A stretch of DNA of 64,000 nt. Origin: an uncultured Gemmatimonadales bacterium. GTDB taxonomy: Bacteria > Gemmatimonadota > Gemmatimonadetes > Gemmatimonadales > Gemmatimonadaceae. How positions within the stretch are numbered: position 1 is the stretch's first letter; every line of letters starts with the position of its first letter. Both the position numbers and the translations under genes were made by a program. Positions 54,857 to 64,000 of this stretch are shown here, piece after piece. The notes beneath the pieces are model-generated. The model was not told the DNA's origin. It did no database searches and worked only from the letters and a program-made list of their open reading frames with translations. Where the stretch lies: assembly GCA_963850905.1 (NCBI GenBank), contig CAWKMU010000003.1, positions 2,304,001 to 2,368,000 on the forward strand, written 5' to 3'.

Positions 54857-56212
54857 GTGACCGACCCGGGGCCATCCCCTGGGCGCTCGGCTCAACATAT
54901 CGCGAAATTGGCCCGCGCGACGACCGTGGCGGCGGGGGTCGTCGTTGCGATATCGGCGGCCTCCGTCGGGTGTGTCGTCGGGCACCACCTACCCCCACCG
55001 GCGGTCCGAACTGGCCGGATCGTCCCCGGCATCACCGTTCTCCTGGAGGATAGTCTCAGCCTGGTGAGCGGCAAGCGCGTGGCACTGCTCACGAACCAGA
55101 CGGGTGTCGATCGATCGGGTGAGACCGACGCAACACTGCTGACGCATTCGCGCGCCGCCGTATCGAATGGCGTGATGCTCGTCGCTCTCTTCTCGCCGGA
55201 GCACGGGCTGCGGGGCACCGAAGATCGCCAGTTCGTCGCCGGCGGCGTCGATACGGGGACGCGAGTGCCGGTGTACTCACTGTATGGCGCGACGGTCCTC
55301 GAGCCTCCGGACAGCTTGCTGCGCGGGCTCCAGGTCATGGTCATCGATCTCCAGGACATCGGCACCAGGACCTGGACCTATGTCGCGTCGATGGTTTACG
55401 CCATGCGCGCGGCCGCCCGGGTCCATCTGCCGGTCGTCGTGCTCGATCGGCCAAATCCGATTACTGGGTCGCACACTGACGGCCCGATGCTCGATAGTCT
55501 TCTGGCCAATCCCGACGCTGCGGCGCCGGGTCGTCCCGCACGGCCGTACGCACTCGCGCCCATCCCGCTGCGCCACGGCCTGACGATGGGCGAGCTTGCG
55601 CTCTACTTCAACGACGTGCTTGGCCTCCACGCCGACCTGCATGTCGTACCGGCGCGCGGGTGGCGACGCCCCGTGTGGTTTGATGAGACCGGACTTCCAT
55701 GGGTACGGCCCTCGCCGAATCTTCCGTCGCTCACAAGCGCACTCGTGTATCCGGCCCTCGTGGCGTTCGAGGCGACCAACCTGTCGGTTGGCCGCGGCAC
55801 ACACGACGCGTTCCAGCATCTTGGCGCACCGTGGCTCAACGCGCCCCGCGTGGTCGCGCTGCTGGCCGACCGAGGGGTACCGGGCGCCCGGTTCACTGCA
55901 GAGCAGTTTGTCCCCCGCCACCCGACCGACGGCAAGTACGGCGGGCGGCAGATCGCGGGCGTCCGCGTCAACGTCACCGATCGCAATGCCTTTCACGCCG
56001 GACGCGTGGGCGCTGCGCTACTGTGGGCCATCGCGCAAGTCAACCGGGATTCACTGCGGATCGACACCCTCGCGTTCGACCTGAGATTCGGGTCGCCCGA
56101 CGCGCGGGTGGCGCTGCTCCGCGGCGACGATCCCGACGCAGTCATCGATCGATCGCTGCCCGCGGTCGTCGCATTTGTGCAGCGCGCACTGCGATATGAG
56201 TTGTACAAGTAG
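54857..56212 (+). CDS. Exo-beta-N-acetylmuramidase NamZ family (DUF1343), probable lipoprotein
   Basis: LLTNQTG, LFSPEHG, DLQDIGTRTWTY, LDRPNP, RHGLTMGELA, PSPNLP, SVGRGT; lipobox SVGC. Confidence 0.9.
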   Translation: MTDPGPSPGRSAQHIAKLARATTVAAGVVVAISAASVGCVVGHHLPPPAVRTGRIVPGITVLLEDSLSLVSGKRVALLTNQTGVDRSGETDATLLTHSRAAVSNGVMLVALFSPEHGLRGTEDRQFVAGGVDTGTRVPVYSLYGATVLEPPDSLLRGLQVMVIDLQDIGTRTWTYVASMVYAMRAAARVHLPVVVLDRPNPITGSHTDGPMLDSLLANPDAAAPGRPARPYALAPIPLRHGLTMGELALYFNDVLGLHADLHVVPARGWRRPVWFDETGLPWVRPSPNLPSLTSALVYPALVAFEATNLSVGRGTHDAFQHLGAPWLNAPRVVALLADRGVPGARFTAEQFVPRHPTDGKYGGRQIAGVRVNVTDRNAFHAGRVGAALLWAIAQVNRDSLRIDTLAFDLRFGSPDARVALLRGDDPDAVIDRSLPAVVAFVQRALRYELYK

Positions 56213-56299
56213 ACGACGTCTCGTAACTTTCTGCGGCTGGGGCGTCGCTCCCGCCGTTGGATTGCCTGAACCGCGCCCGTCGCGGCCGCGTGGCTACAC

Positions 56300-56995
56300 A
56301 TGATACGTCTGTGGGAGTGGATCAAAAGCGGGTACCTACGCCTCGTCGAGCCCATCGCGTCCTTTCTGGTCCGGCAAGGAGTGCATCCGAACGTCATCAC
56401 GACGCTCGGGACGTTTTGCTCCGTGGCTGGCGGCGTCATTTACGGCGCTGGCCATATCCGGACGGGCGGCTGGTTTCTCGGACTAACGGCCTTTTTTGAT
56501 GTCGTCGATGGCACAGTGGCGCGTCGGACGGGCCAGAGCAGTGTCTTCGGCGCGTTCTACGACTCCACGCTCGACCGGATCGCGGACGCCGCAGTGCTTG
56601 CCGGGCTGGCAGTGTTCTACGCGACGAGTCCGCTGCATGCGAGCGTGCCAATGCTCGTCGTCACCCTGGCGGGCATCCTCGGTGGCTTTCTCGTCTCCTA
56701 CACCCGGGCCAGGGCCGAGGCTTTGGGTATCGATGCCAAGGTCGGCCTGATGCAACGACCGGAGCGCGTCGTGCTCCTGTCGGCGCCGCAAGCGTTCTTC
56801 GGTCTCGCCCTCGGTGGTTGGGTGCTGGCCGCCATTGTCGTTCTCCTGACCGTCACCTCGTGGGCCACTGCGATCCAGCGAGTGATCGCTGTGTATCGCG
56901 CGACTCGACCCACCTCGCAGGTGGCGGTCACTCCTCCTCCACGATTCTCTCGCGCGACACCGGCCGCTCCACGGCCCGCGCTCAAGGGCAAATGA
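56300..56995 (+). CDS. CDP-alcohol phosphatidyltransferase, phosphatidylinositol-phosphate synthase-like
   Basis: PNVIT, DVVDGTVAR...GAFYDSTLDRIAD, VSYTRARAE, GLMQRPER. Confidence 0.88.
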   Translation: MIRLWEWIKSGYLRLVEPIASFLVRQGVHPNVITTLGTFCSVAGGVIYGAGHIRTGGWFLGLTAFFDVVDGTVARRTGQSSVFGAFYDSTLDRIADAAVLAGLAVFYATSPLHASVPMLVVTLAGILGGFLVSYTRARAEALGIDAKVGLMQRPERVVLLSAPQAFFGLALGGWVLAAIVVLLTVTSWATAIQRVIAVYRATRPTSQVAVTPPPRFSRATPAAPRPALKGK

Positions 56996-58311
56996 CTGAC
57001 TCCGTTCGTTCGACCATCCAACCTGCCACCGGACGCCTCGGCGTCATGACACCCGGCCTCGGCGCTGTCGCCACGACTTTCATGGCGGGCGTGGAGAGCA
57101 TACGGCGCGGAGATGCGCTGCCGATCGGTTCGTTGACCCAGATGGCGACCATCCGCCTGGGGCGCCGAACGGAGAACCGCGCGCCGCTGATCAAAGACCT
57201 GGTACCGCTCGCGAGCCTTGACGACCTCGTATTCGGCGCATGGGATCCGATCCCGGACGATGCCTGCACGGCGGCGCGGAAGGCCGGTGTCCTCGCACCG
57301 CAAGACATCGAGCGTGTGGCCAGTTTCCTCTCGACCATTACGCCGATGCCGGCCGCATTCGACAACAAGTACGTCACGCGGATCAACGGCTCGAATGTCA
57401 AACGTGGCAAGACGAAGCGCGACCTGGCGGAGCAGATTCGCCAGGACATTCGCGACTTCAGAAGCCGCGCCAAGGTAGATCGCGTCGTCATGGTGTGGTG
57501 CGCGTCGACGGAGATCTTCATTAAGCCCGGTGCGGCGCATGCGACGATCGAGCAGTTCGAGAAGGCGATGGAGCGAAACGACGATGCCATCGCCCCGTCG
57601 ATGCTCTACGCCTACGCGGCGATCATGGAGGGCGTGCCGTTCGCCAACGGGGCTCCGAACCTGACGGTCGACATGCCGTGCCTGGTCCAGCTGGCGAAGG
57701 ACCGGGGTGTCCCGATCTCAGGCAAGGATTTCAAGACCGGCCAGACCTGGATGAAGACGGTGATTGCGCCGGGCATGAAGGCCCGCATGCTGGGCTTGGC
57801 CGGGTGGTACTCGACGAACATCCTCGGGAACCGCGACGGCGAGGTGTTGGACGATCCGGCCTCGTTCAAGACAAAGGAAGAGTCGAAGCTCAGCGTGCTG
57901 CATTCGATCTTGCAGCCCGAATCCTATCCGACGCTCTACGGTGAATTCTCGCACGTGGTGCGGATCAACTACTACAAGCCCCGCGGTGACAACAAGGAAG
58001 GATGGGACAACGTCGACATCGTCGGCTGGATGGGCTACCCGATGCAGATCAAGGTGAACTTTTTGTGCCGTGACTCCATCCTCGCTGCTCCGCTCGTCTT
58101 GGACCTCGCGCTCTTTTCCGACTTTGCGCAGCGGGCTGGACTGAAGGGCATACAGGAGTGGCTGTCGTTCTATTACAAGAGTCCGATGGCGGCAAGCGGA
58201 TTGCACCCGGAACATGACTTGTTCATCCAGCAGACGAAGCTGAAGAACACGATACGGCATTTGGCCGGTGAGGAGCAGATCACGCACCTCGGACTGGAGT
58301 ACTATGCATGA
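56992..58311 (+). CDS. ino1: myo-Inositol-1-phosphate synthase
   Basis: GLGAVATT, WCASTE, NGAPN, GKDFKTGQT, NILGNRDG, GDNKEGWD, CRDSILAAPL. Confidence 0.94.
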   Translation: MTDSVRSTIQPATGRLGVMTPGLGAVATTFMAGVESIRRGDALPIGSLTQMATIRLGRRTENRAPLIKDLVPLASLDDLVFGAWDPIPDDACTAARKAGVLAPQDIERVASFLSTITPMPAAFDNKYVTRINGSNVKRGKTKRDLAEQIRQDIRDFRSRAKVDRVVMVWCASTEIFIKPGAAHATIEQFEKAMERNDDAIAPSMLYAYAAIMEGVPFANGAPNLTVDMPCLVQLAKDRGVPISGKDFKTGQTWMKTVIAPGMKARMLGLAGWYSTNILGNRDGEVLDDPASFKTKEESKLSVLHSILQPESYPTLYGEFSHVVRINYYKPRGDNKEGWDNVDIVGWMGYPMQIKVNFLCRDSILAAPLVLDLALFSDFAQRAGLKGIQEWLSFYYKSPMAASGLHPEHDLFIQQTKLKNTIRHLAGEEQITHLGLEYYA

Positions 58312-58330
58312 CCAGGACGCAGAGGGTGGC

Positions 58331-58802
58331 ATGACCAGGACCCTGAGGGTGCCGCGGAGGAGCCTCGCCGCGGCGCACCGCCGGGTCGTCGCCGCCAGTC
58401 TGCATCATTGCGGCGGGCGTGGGTTGTCGCGAGACGTACAGTGGACCGCCGCCGCTCCGGCTGTGGACCAACGACCTGGCGTTCCAGGTGTCGACCGAGC
58501 CCGTCCCGCCCCCGGCGCGCGAGGACATCGTCTTCAAGGTGGTGGTGCGCGACAAGAACTCGGGCAAGGCAATCGAGACCGGCGAAGGCCGCGTGTACGC
58601 GACGAGTGCCGACCGGGTGAACACCTGGGATGGGCTCGCGCCTACCCAGCAAGCCGGTACGTACACGGCGAAACTGAATTTTCTCACGTCGGGCAACTGG
58701 GCCATGGGTATGCAATTCCGGCGCGACTCCACGGCTCCGCTCGAGACATTGGACTGGACGCAGGACGTCCATCCGGCGACGGGCGAGGCGGACATCAAGT
58801 GA
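58331..58802 (+). CDS. Lipoprotein with YtkA/FixH-like Ig fold; one indel in the signal region
   Basis: Lipobox GVGC; beta-rich; AGTYTAKLNFLTSGNWAM resembles the YtkA G.Y.....F...G.W pattern. Confidence 0.55.
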
Positions 58803-59094
58803 AGCTCTTCCATCGAACGAGCGTTGCGCCTGCAGACGTCTTGCACGCGGCCGACACCTTTTTCCCGCAATCTCGGCCTGACCATGACGGCGAATGCGCC
58901 TCGAGCTCGCACATTTGTCGGGCCGCTTGGGGCCGTCCGAATCACTGCAGGTGCCGAGGGAGGGCACTATACGTTCGTCGAGGCCGCAGACCGATCAGAT
59001 CGGCGAGAGCCGCCTCGACAAGAACGTGAAGAAATTCTTCGTGTCGTTGCACCGACGGGCCGAGCCCCGCCATGCGCTCGAGGCAGGTTACTGA
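58799..59094 (+). CDS. Small hypothetical protein; indels
   Basis: Joined reading MKLFHRTSV...EGGHYTFVEA.TDQIGESRLDKNVKKFF; overlaps both neighbouring genes. Confidence 0.55.
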
Positions 59095-60294
59095 TGGCTG
59101 GCCGCACCACCTCGGAAACGAGCACGCACAGAGACGCGCCTGCGCCAGGGGCGACTCCCAGCGCGCCCCCGAACGGCGCTACCCCGTCGCTCGCCAAACC
59201 CGCCGACAGCGCGCGAGCGAGCGGCGCCGGACTCGATCGCGCGCAACAGCTGGATCTGTACTACTACATGCGGCTGACGCGCGCGCTCGAGGAGCGACTC
59301 GTCAACCTGTATCGCCAGACCAAAGTCGTCGGCGGCCTGTTTCGATCACTGGGCCAGGAGGCTGACGCGGTGGGCAGCGCCTACGCGCTTGACCGGAGCC
59401 GCGGCGATGTGCTCTCCCCACTGATTCGCAATCTGGGCTCGATGCTCGTCCAGGGGGCGCGCCCCGCGGAGATCATTCGACAGTACATGGCCAAGGGCGA
59501 CTCGCCCACGCGTGGGCGCGAGTTGAACATCCATTTCGGGGATCTCGTCCGAGGATATCGTCGGACAGATCTCGCATTTGGGTGACATGGTGCCGGTCAT
59601 GGCTGGCGTGACTCTGTCGTTCAAACTGCGCGGCGAGCCACGCGTCGGTCTCGTCTATGTCGGCGACGGCGCGACGTCGACCGGGTGCATTCCATGAAGG
59701 GATCAACTTCGCGGCAGTGCAGCGTTGCCCGCTCGTCGTGGTCGTCGAGAACAACGGCTATGCCTACTCGACGCCCGACGAGCAAGCAAACGGCCGCCGC
59801 ATCGTTCGTTGACAAGGCGGCCGGCTACGGCGTGGCGGGCGAGCAGGCCGATGGCAACGACGTCCTCGCGACGTACGACGCCACCAGGCGCGCCGTCGAC
59901 CGGGCGCGCGCTGGCGGCGGGGTCACGCTGGTCGAGCTGACGACGTACCGGCGCAAGGGGCACGCGGAGCACGACAATCAATCGTACGTGCCAGCCGGAC
60001 GAGATCGAGCGCTGGGAGCGCGAGAACGATCCAATCGATCGCTACACGCGCGTCCTGGTCGAGAGCGTGGGCGTGAGCACGCGGGAGCTGACGACGATCG
60101 ATGACCGCGTGCAGTCGGAGGTCGACACGGCGACGGATGAAGCGGAAGCGTCCCCCATGCCGGAAGGACCGGACGCGCTCGTGGGTGTATATGCCGATCC
60201 ACCCCAGGTCGAAGCGCTCTGGTTCCGAGCGGGCATCGCGTCGGCTGTATCGGCGCACGAGCGTCCGGCTGGGTGGGGCACCCACGATGGCTGA
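59094..60294 (+). CDS. 2-oxoacid (pyruvate/branched-chain) dehydrogenase E1 alpha subunit; indels
   Basis: SLGQEA, GDGATS.G.FHEG.NFAA, ENNGYAYSTP, DGNDVLA, TYRRKGHAEHD. Confidence 0.9.
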
Positions 60295-61264
60295 GATCAC
60301 CTACCTCGAGGGCATCCGACAGGCGCTCTTCGAGGAGATGGAGCGGGATCCCGCGGTGTTCTGCCTGGGCGAGGACATCGGGGCCTACGGTGGCGCGTTC
60401 AAGGTGACGGAAGGGCTGCAAGCGCGCTTTGGTGAGCGACGCGTCATCGACACCCCGATCTCGGAGATCGCCATCGTCGGCGCCGCTGCGGGTGCGGCGC
60501 ACATGGGCATGCGGCCAGTCTGTGAAATGCAGTTCATCGATTTCATATCCTGTGCGTATGACATGCTCACGAACTACGTCGCGACCGCCCGGTATCGAGC
60601 TATGCTGCCGTGCCCGATGGTGGTCCGCGGACCCAGCGGCGGGTATGTGCGAGGCGGCCCGTTTCACTCGCAGAATCCGGAGGCTGCCTTTCTGCACACG
60701 CCGGGACTCAAGATCGTCTATCCCGCGACCGCGTCCGATGCGAAAGGCCTCCTCAAGGCCGCCATCCGCGACGATGACTGCGTCCTGTTCTTCGAGCACA
60801 AGTATTTGTATCGACGCATCAAGGACGAGATGCCGGCAGGCGACCACGTCGTGCCAATCGGAAAAGCGCGCATGGCTCGCGCCGGTCGCGACCTTTCGAT
60901 CATCACGTACGCGGCGACGGTGTGGAAGGCGTTGGAGGCCGCGGATCAACTCGAGCGCGAGGATGGCTTGTCCGTCGAGGTGCTCGACCTGCGCACGCTG
61001 CTGCCGCTCGACGACGACGCGATCATCGCGTCGGTCAAGAAGACCAATCGGGTGTTGATCGTGCACGAGGACACCCGCACGGGCGGCATTGCGGGCGAGA
61101 TCACCGCCCGCATCAACGAGCGCGCATTCGAATGGCTCGACGCGCCGGTCTTGCGCGTGACGGCTGCAGACGTGCCACTCCCGTACTCCCCCCCGCTCGA
61201 GGACTACGTGCTGCCGCAAGCGGCGGACATCGTGCGGGCGGTGCGACAGCTGGCGCGGTACTGA
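60287..61264 (+). CDS. 2-oxoacid dehydrogenase E1 beta subunit
   Basis: GEDIGAYGGAF, DTPISE, EMQFIDF, GPFHSQ, FFEHK, DLRTLLPLD. Confidence 0.95.
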   Translation: MAEITYLEGIRQALFEEMERDPAVFCLGEDIGAYGGAFKVTEGLQARFGERRVIDTPISEIAIVGAAAGAAHMGMRPVCEMQFIDFISCAYDMLTNYVATARYRAMLPCPMVVRGPSGGYVRGGPFHSQNPEAAFLHTPGLKIVYPATASDAKGLLKAAIRDDDCVLFFEHKYLYRRIKDEMPAGDHVVPIGKARMARAGRDLSIITYAATVWKALEAADQLEREDGLSVEVLDLRTLLPLDDDAIIASVKKTNRVLIVHEDTRTGGIAGEITARINERAFEWLDAPVLRVTAADVPLPYSPPLEDYVLPQAADIVRAVRQLARY

Positions 61265-61267
61265 GAC

Positions 61268-61645
61268 ATGCCCGGTTCGGGACCCGAACCCGGCGACGGG
61301 GGGTCTGGGGGCGTCCCCAAGCGAAGCGACCCCCCGGGAGACGGCGCGGCTGGCGGGGCGGGGGCCTCCCGTCGTCGGCCATTTGCCGTGCTCGGCTGCC
61401 TCATGACCGTTGCCGGCTTCTTCAGTGGGGCGATGGTTGCAGTACTGGTCGCGAAGGTGCGAAGTGCGATGATGCACTGCACGCCGGTCGATCCCGAGTT
61501 GCCAGCGTGCAATTGGCAGCAGTTTGCCGGCGTGGGCGGCCTACTCGGGGCCCTGAGTCTGCCAGCCCTGGTATACTGGCGGTTGCGCAGGTCCGCGCCC
61601 GGGCGTCGCGACAATGCGGCGGCGACCGGCTATAGGGATTTGTGA
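61268..61645 (+). CDS. Hypothetical 2-TM protein with a Cys pair in the loop
   Basis: Two hydrophobic helices flanking HCTPVDPELPACNW. Confidence 0.6.
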   Translation: MPGSGPEPGDGGSGGVPKRSDPPGDGAAGGAGASRRRPFAVLGCLMTVAGFFSGAMVAVLVAKVRSAMMHCTPVDPELPACNWQQFAGVGGLLGALSLPALVYWRLRRSAPGRRDNAAATGYRDL

Positions 61646-61656
61646 CCAGCGGTCGG

Positions 61657-61764
61657 CCGGTAGGCGATGCATTGCGTCGCCCGACGGGGAGGCGGCCAAA
61701 TCGTTTAATCCGGTAGCGGCGACGCATTGCGTTGCCCCACGGGGAGGCGGCCAAGTCGTTTAAT
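61657..61764 (+). repeat. Tandem pair of degenerate REP family B units (BIME-like)
   Basis: CCGGTAG..GCGA(C/T)GCATTGCGT(C/T)GCCC.ACGGGGAGGCGGCCAA.TCGTTTAAT at 61657-61709 and 61710-61764. Confidence 0.8.
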
Positions 61765-61841
61765 TTGGAAGGCGGCGGTCCGCATCCGGTCCTAATGAAC
61801 GGCGGTGGTCGGTACGCCGCCTCTTGAACGAGGGTATTTCG

Positions 61842-63248
61842 GTGGCACGTGTTGACATCATCATGCCCCAGATGGGCGAGTCGATCGCCGAGGGCACGGT
61901 ATCGAAGTGGCTGAAGAAGATCGGCGATACGGTCAAACGGGACGAGCCGATTTTCGAGATCTCGACCGACAAGGTCGACGCGGAGATTCCCGCACCTGCG
62001 GCGGGCACCTTGGCCGAGATCCTCGTCAACGAGGGCCAGACCGTGGCCATCCAAACGGTGGTCGCCCGGCTCGAGACCTCGGCGGGCGTACCGGTCGGCG
62101 ATAACGGCGGCGCGGACCGCGGCGGGGCAGCCGCCCGGCCGGCGGCTGCCCCCGCCGTGGCCGCCGCGGCGCCTGCGGCATCGCCCGCACTCGCGGCACC
62201 GAAGGCTGCCGCACCAGCGGCGACCCCGCCCAGCCGGGTCGCCCCTGGTGCGCCAGCACGACCGCAGCCAGCCGGGGCGCCCGTCGGCGGAGGCAATGGT
62301 CGCTCGCTCGAGGAGCGTCTGCGCACCAAGTCGTCACCGCTCGTTCGCAAAATTGCCGCAGAGCACGGGATCGAGTTGGCCACGCTGACCGGATCGGGCA
62401 TCGCCGGGCGTGTGACGAAACGTGATATCGAGTCGCTACTCGAAGCAGGGGTCCCCGCGACGCTTGGACGACCGGGCGTGCCGGTTGGCGGCGGAGCGGG
62501 TGTCCTGATCCCTGCTGAGGGGCCGCTCCCGGAAGCCTGGCCCGGGGACGTCGTCGAGCCCATGTCCAAGATGCGGTCGCTCATCAGTGACCACATGGTG
62601 CTGTCGCGGCGCACATCGGCGCACGTCACATTGTTCTTCGAGGTCGACCTCACACGCGTCGCGCGAATTCGAGCGGCGAAGCGCGCGGAGTTCGAGGCCG
62701 CGAATGGTCAGAAGCTGACCTTCCTGCCGTTCATCATTCGGGCGGTCATCGACGGCCTCAAGGCGTATCCGGCGGTGAACGCATCCGTCGCCGGCCATAA
62801 CGTCATCTACCGCAAGCAGTACAACATCGGCATCGCCGTGGCGCTCGATTGGGGCCTCATTGTACCGGTCATCAAGCACGCCGATGAGCTGTCGCTGGTC
62901 GGACTCACCCGTGCATTGAACGATCTCGCTGCGCGGGCACGCACCAAGCGCCTGCAGCCGGAGGAAGTCCAGGAAGGGACGTTCACGATCACGAACCCCG
63001 GTGTGTTCGGGTCCTTGATGGGGACGCCGATCATCAGTCAGCCGCAGGTCGCCATCATGGGTGTCGGTGCCATCGAGAAACGACCCAAGGTGATTACCGG
63101 ACCCGACGGAGAGGACACGATCGCGATCCGGACGTGCTCCTACTTCTCGATCTCGTTCGACCACCGCATCATCGACGGGGCCGTCGCGGACCAGTTCCTG
63201 GCCCACGTCAAGAGGCAGCTGGAGACATATCCGGAGTCCGCGTTGTGA
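61842..63248 (+). CDS. Dihydrolipoamide acyltransferase E2
   Basis: Lipoyl domain MPQMGES...EISTDKV, E3-binding SPLVRKIA...GSGIAGRVTKRDI, catalytic SFDHRIIDGA. Confidence 0.95.
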   Translation: MARVDIIMPQMGESIAEGTVSKWLKKIGDTVKRDEPIFEISTDKVDAEIPAPAAGTLAEILVNEGQTVAIQTVVARLETSAGVPVGDNGGADRGGAAARPAAAPAVAAAAPAASPALAAPKAAAPAATPPSRVAPGAPARPQPAGAPVGGGNGRSLEERLRTKSSPLVRKIAAEHGIELATLTGSGIAGRVTKRDIESLLEAGVPATLGRPGVPVGGGAGVLIPAEGPLPEAWPGDVVEPMSKMRSLISDHMVLSRRTSAHVTLFFEVDLTRVARIRAAKRAEFEAANGQKLTFLPFIIRAVIDGLKAYPAVNASVAGHNVIYRKQYNIGIAVALDWGLIVPVIKHADELSLVGLTRALNDLAARARTKRLQPEEVQEGTFTITNPGVFGSLMGTPIISQPQVAIMGVGAIEKRPKVITGPDGEDTIAIRTCSYFSISFDHRIIDGAVADQFLAHVKRQLETYPESAL

Positions 63249-63508
63249 GCGGAAGTCGTGCACTCTCGCTGCAGCGGACGATCGTCACCCCGGCGGAGCG
63301 CGGCCGGTTTCTCGACCGCGCCCGCGTGCAGCGCGATCATTTCTCCTCTCACGCCTGTCGGTATTGGGTGTTCGAGGAGTCCGAGCTCCCCGGCGCGTTC
63401 ATCGAATTCACCGAGAGTGGCGATCTCCGCGCACTGACCGCTGCACTCGCCGGTGCGCCCGATCCGGTCCTGGATCCCACTCGGATCTACGAGGAGGTGG
63501 CGCTATGA
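63245..63508 (+). CDS. Small hypothetical protein (possible ABM-like fold)
   Basis: GTG overlaps the E2 stop; YWVFEE...PGAFIEF. Confidence 0.55.
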   Translation: MSGSRALSLQRTIVTPAERGRFLDRARVQRDHFSSHACRYWVFEESELPGAFIEFTESGDLRALTAALAGAPDPVLDPTRIYEEVAL

Positions 63509-63514
63509 GCTGCT

Positions 63515-63546
63515 GGGGTGTGGGGAGTGGGGTTTGGGGTTTGGGG
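63515..63546 (+). repeat. Five GGGG tracts at exact 7-nt period (G-quadruplex motif)
   Basis: GGGGTGTGGGGAGTGGGGTTTGGGGTTTGGGG. Confidence 0.85.
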
Positions 63547-63656
63547 AACGTCAACAAACCCGATCCCGGGGTCCGGCGCCAGGAGACAACCTGCAAAGGC
63601 CGGTTACGGCGCGCTGCGGCTGGCTCAACACGTGGCACAACTGTCAAGGACTGACG

Positions 63657-63923
63657 ATGGCGTTTCGCACGGTATCGGTGGACGGCAAGACGTGGCGCGT
63701 GTTCCCCTCAGGCCTGGTCACGCAGTACGACCGCGATGAGTTCGGGTTGATGTATGTCCACGGTGACGGCGACGCGCGAGACGTCCGCGTAACCCGATAC
63801 TCGCCCAAAGGCGCTCGCTCCCGCGACGAATCTTTTTTCCAGCTCGCCGACGCAGATCTGCTGCGACTGTTTCACGAGTCACAGCCGAGTTTCACATCAC
63901 CAGAAGCGGGCTACGCGAAGTGA
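63657..63923 (+). CDS. Small hypothetical protein
   Basis: AAGGA RBS; MAFRTVSVDGKTWRV...TQYDRDEFGL...RVTRYSP...SQPSFTSPEAGY. Confidence 0.7.
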   Translation: MAFRTVSVDGKTWRVFPSGLVTQYDRDEFGLMYVHGDGDARDVRVTRYSPKGARSRDESFFQLADADLLRLFHESQPSFTSPEAGYAK

Positions 63924-64000
63924 CTTCAAGCGGGGGCGGCGGGGGCAGCGCCGCGCCCCCGTCTCGACGAGCCGATCTGCACACGCATTCGACGGCATCC

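Noticed and set aside
61657..61764. Mini CRISPR array (also considered for 34266-34313)
   Set aside because: Only two units, no unique spacers and no cas genes; the sequence belongs to the REP family.

Overview
High-GC bacterial chromosomal segment. Gene content and protein style suggest Gemmatimonadota (inference). Many conserved genes carry single-base indels that split them across frames; these look like long-read assembly errors, so split genes are reported as single CDSs with approximate ends. Core block 1 (1-18 kb): hmgA 3' end, DUF502, a lipoprotein, an MCP, an ABC-2 exporter, speA, sodA, dedA, a trmJ-like methyltransferase and a complete alternative complex III operon (actABCDEF), ending at tRNA-Ala(TGC). 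The tRNA has a 23-bp att-like duplication downstream, followed by an accessory-looking stretch (about 18.4-34 kb): ankyrin-like protein, cupin, two 222-aa secreted paralogues with a CWLGC motif, MASE1/PAS kinase, PPK2, alpha-carbonic anhydrase, hydrolase, FAD dehydrogenase, truncated alginate-lyase-like lipoprotein, orphan Zn-ribbon protein and a VPS10/BNR protein. Core block 2 (34-64 kb): two two-component systems, TonB-ExbB-ExbD-ExbD-TonB, two APC permeases around a K+-independent membrane pyrophosphatase, a likely MurNAc/GlcNAc salvage cluster (NamZ, two SSS transporters, BadF kinase), an inositol-lipid pair (PIP-synthase-like + ino1) and a 2-oxoacid dehydrogenase E1a/E1b/E2 cluster. Intergenic DNA holds GTAG-type REP/REPIN palindromes combined with 7-nt-periodic arms (one a perfect G-quadruplex motif), and several leaderless or bidirectional -10 promoters. 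No CRISPR array, rRNA, integrase or transposase was seen.
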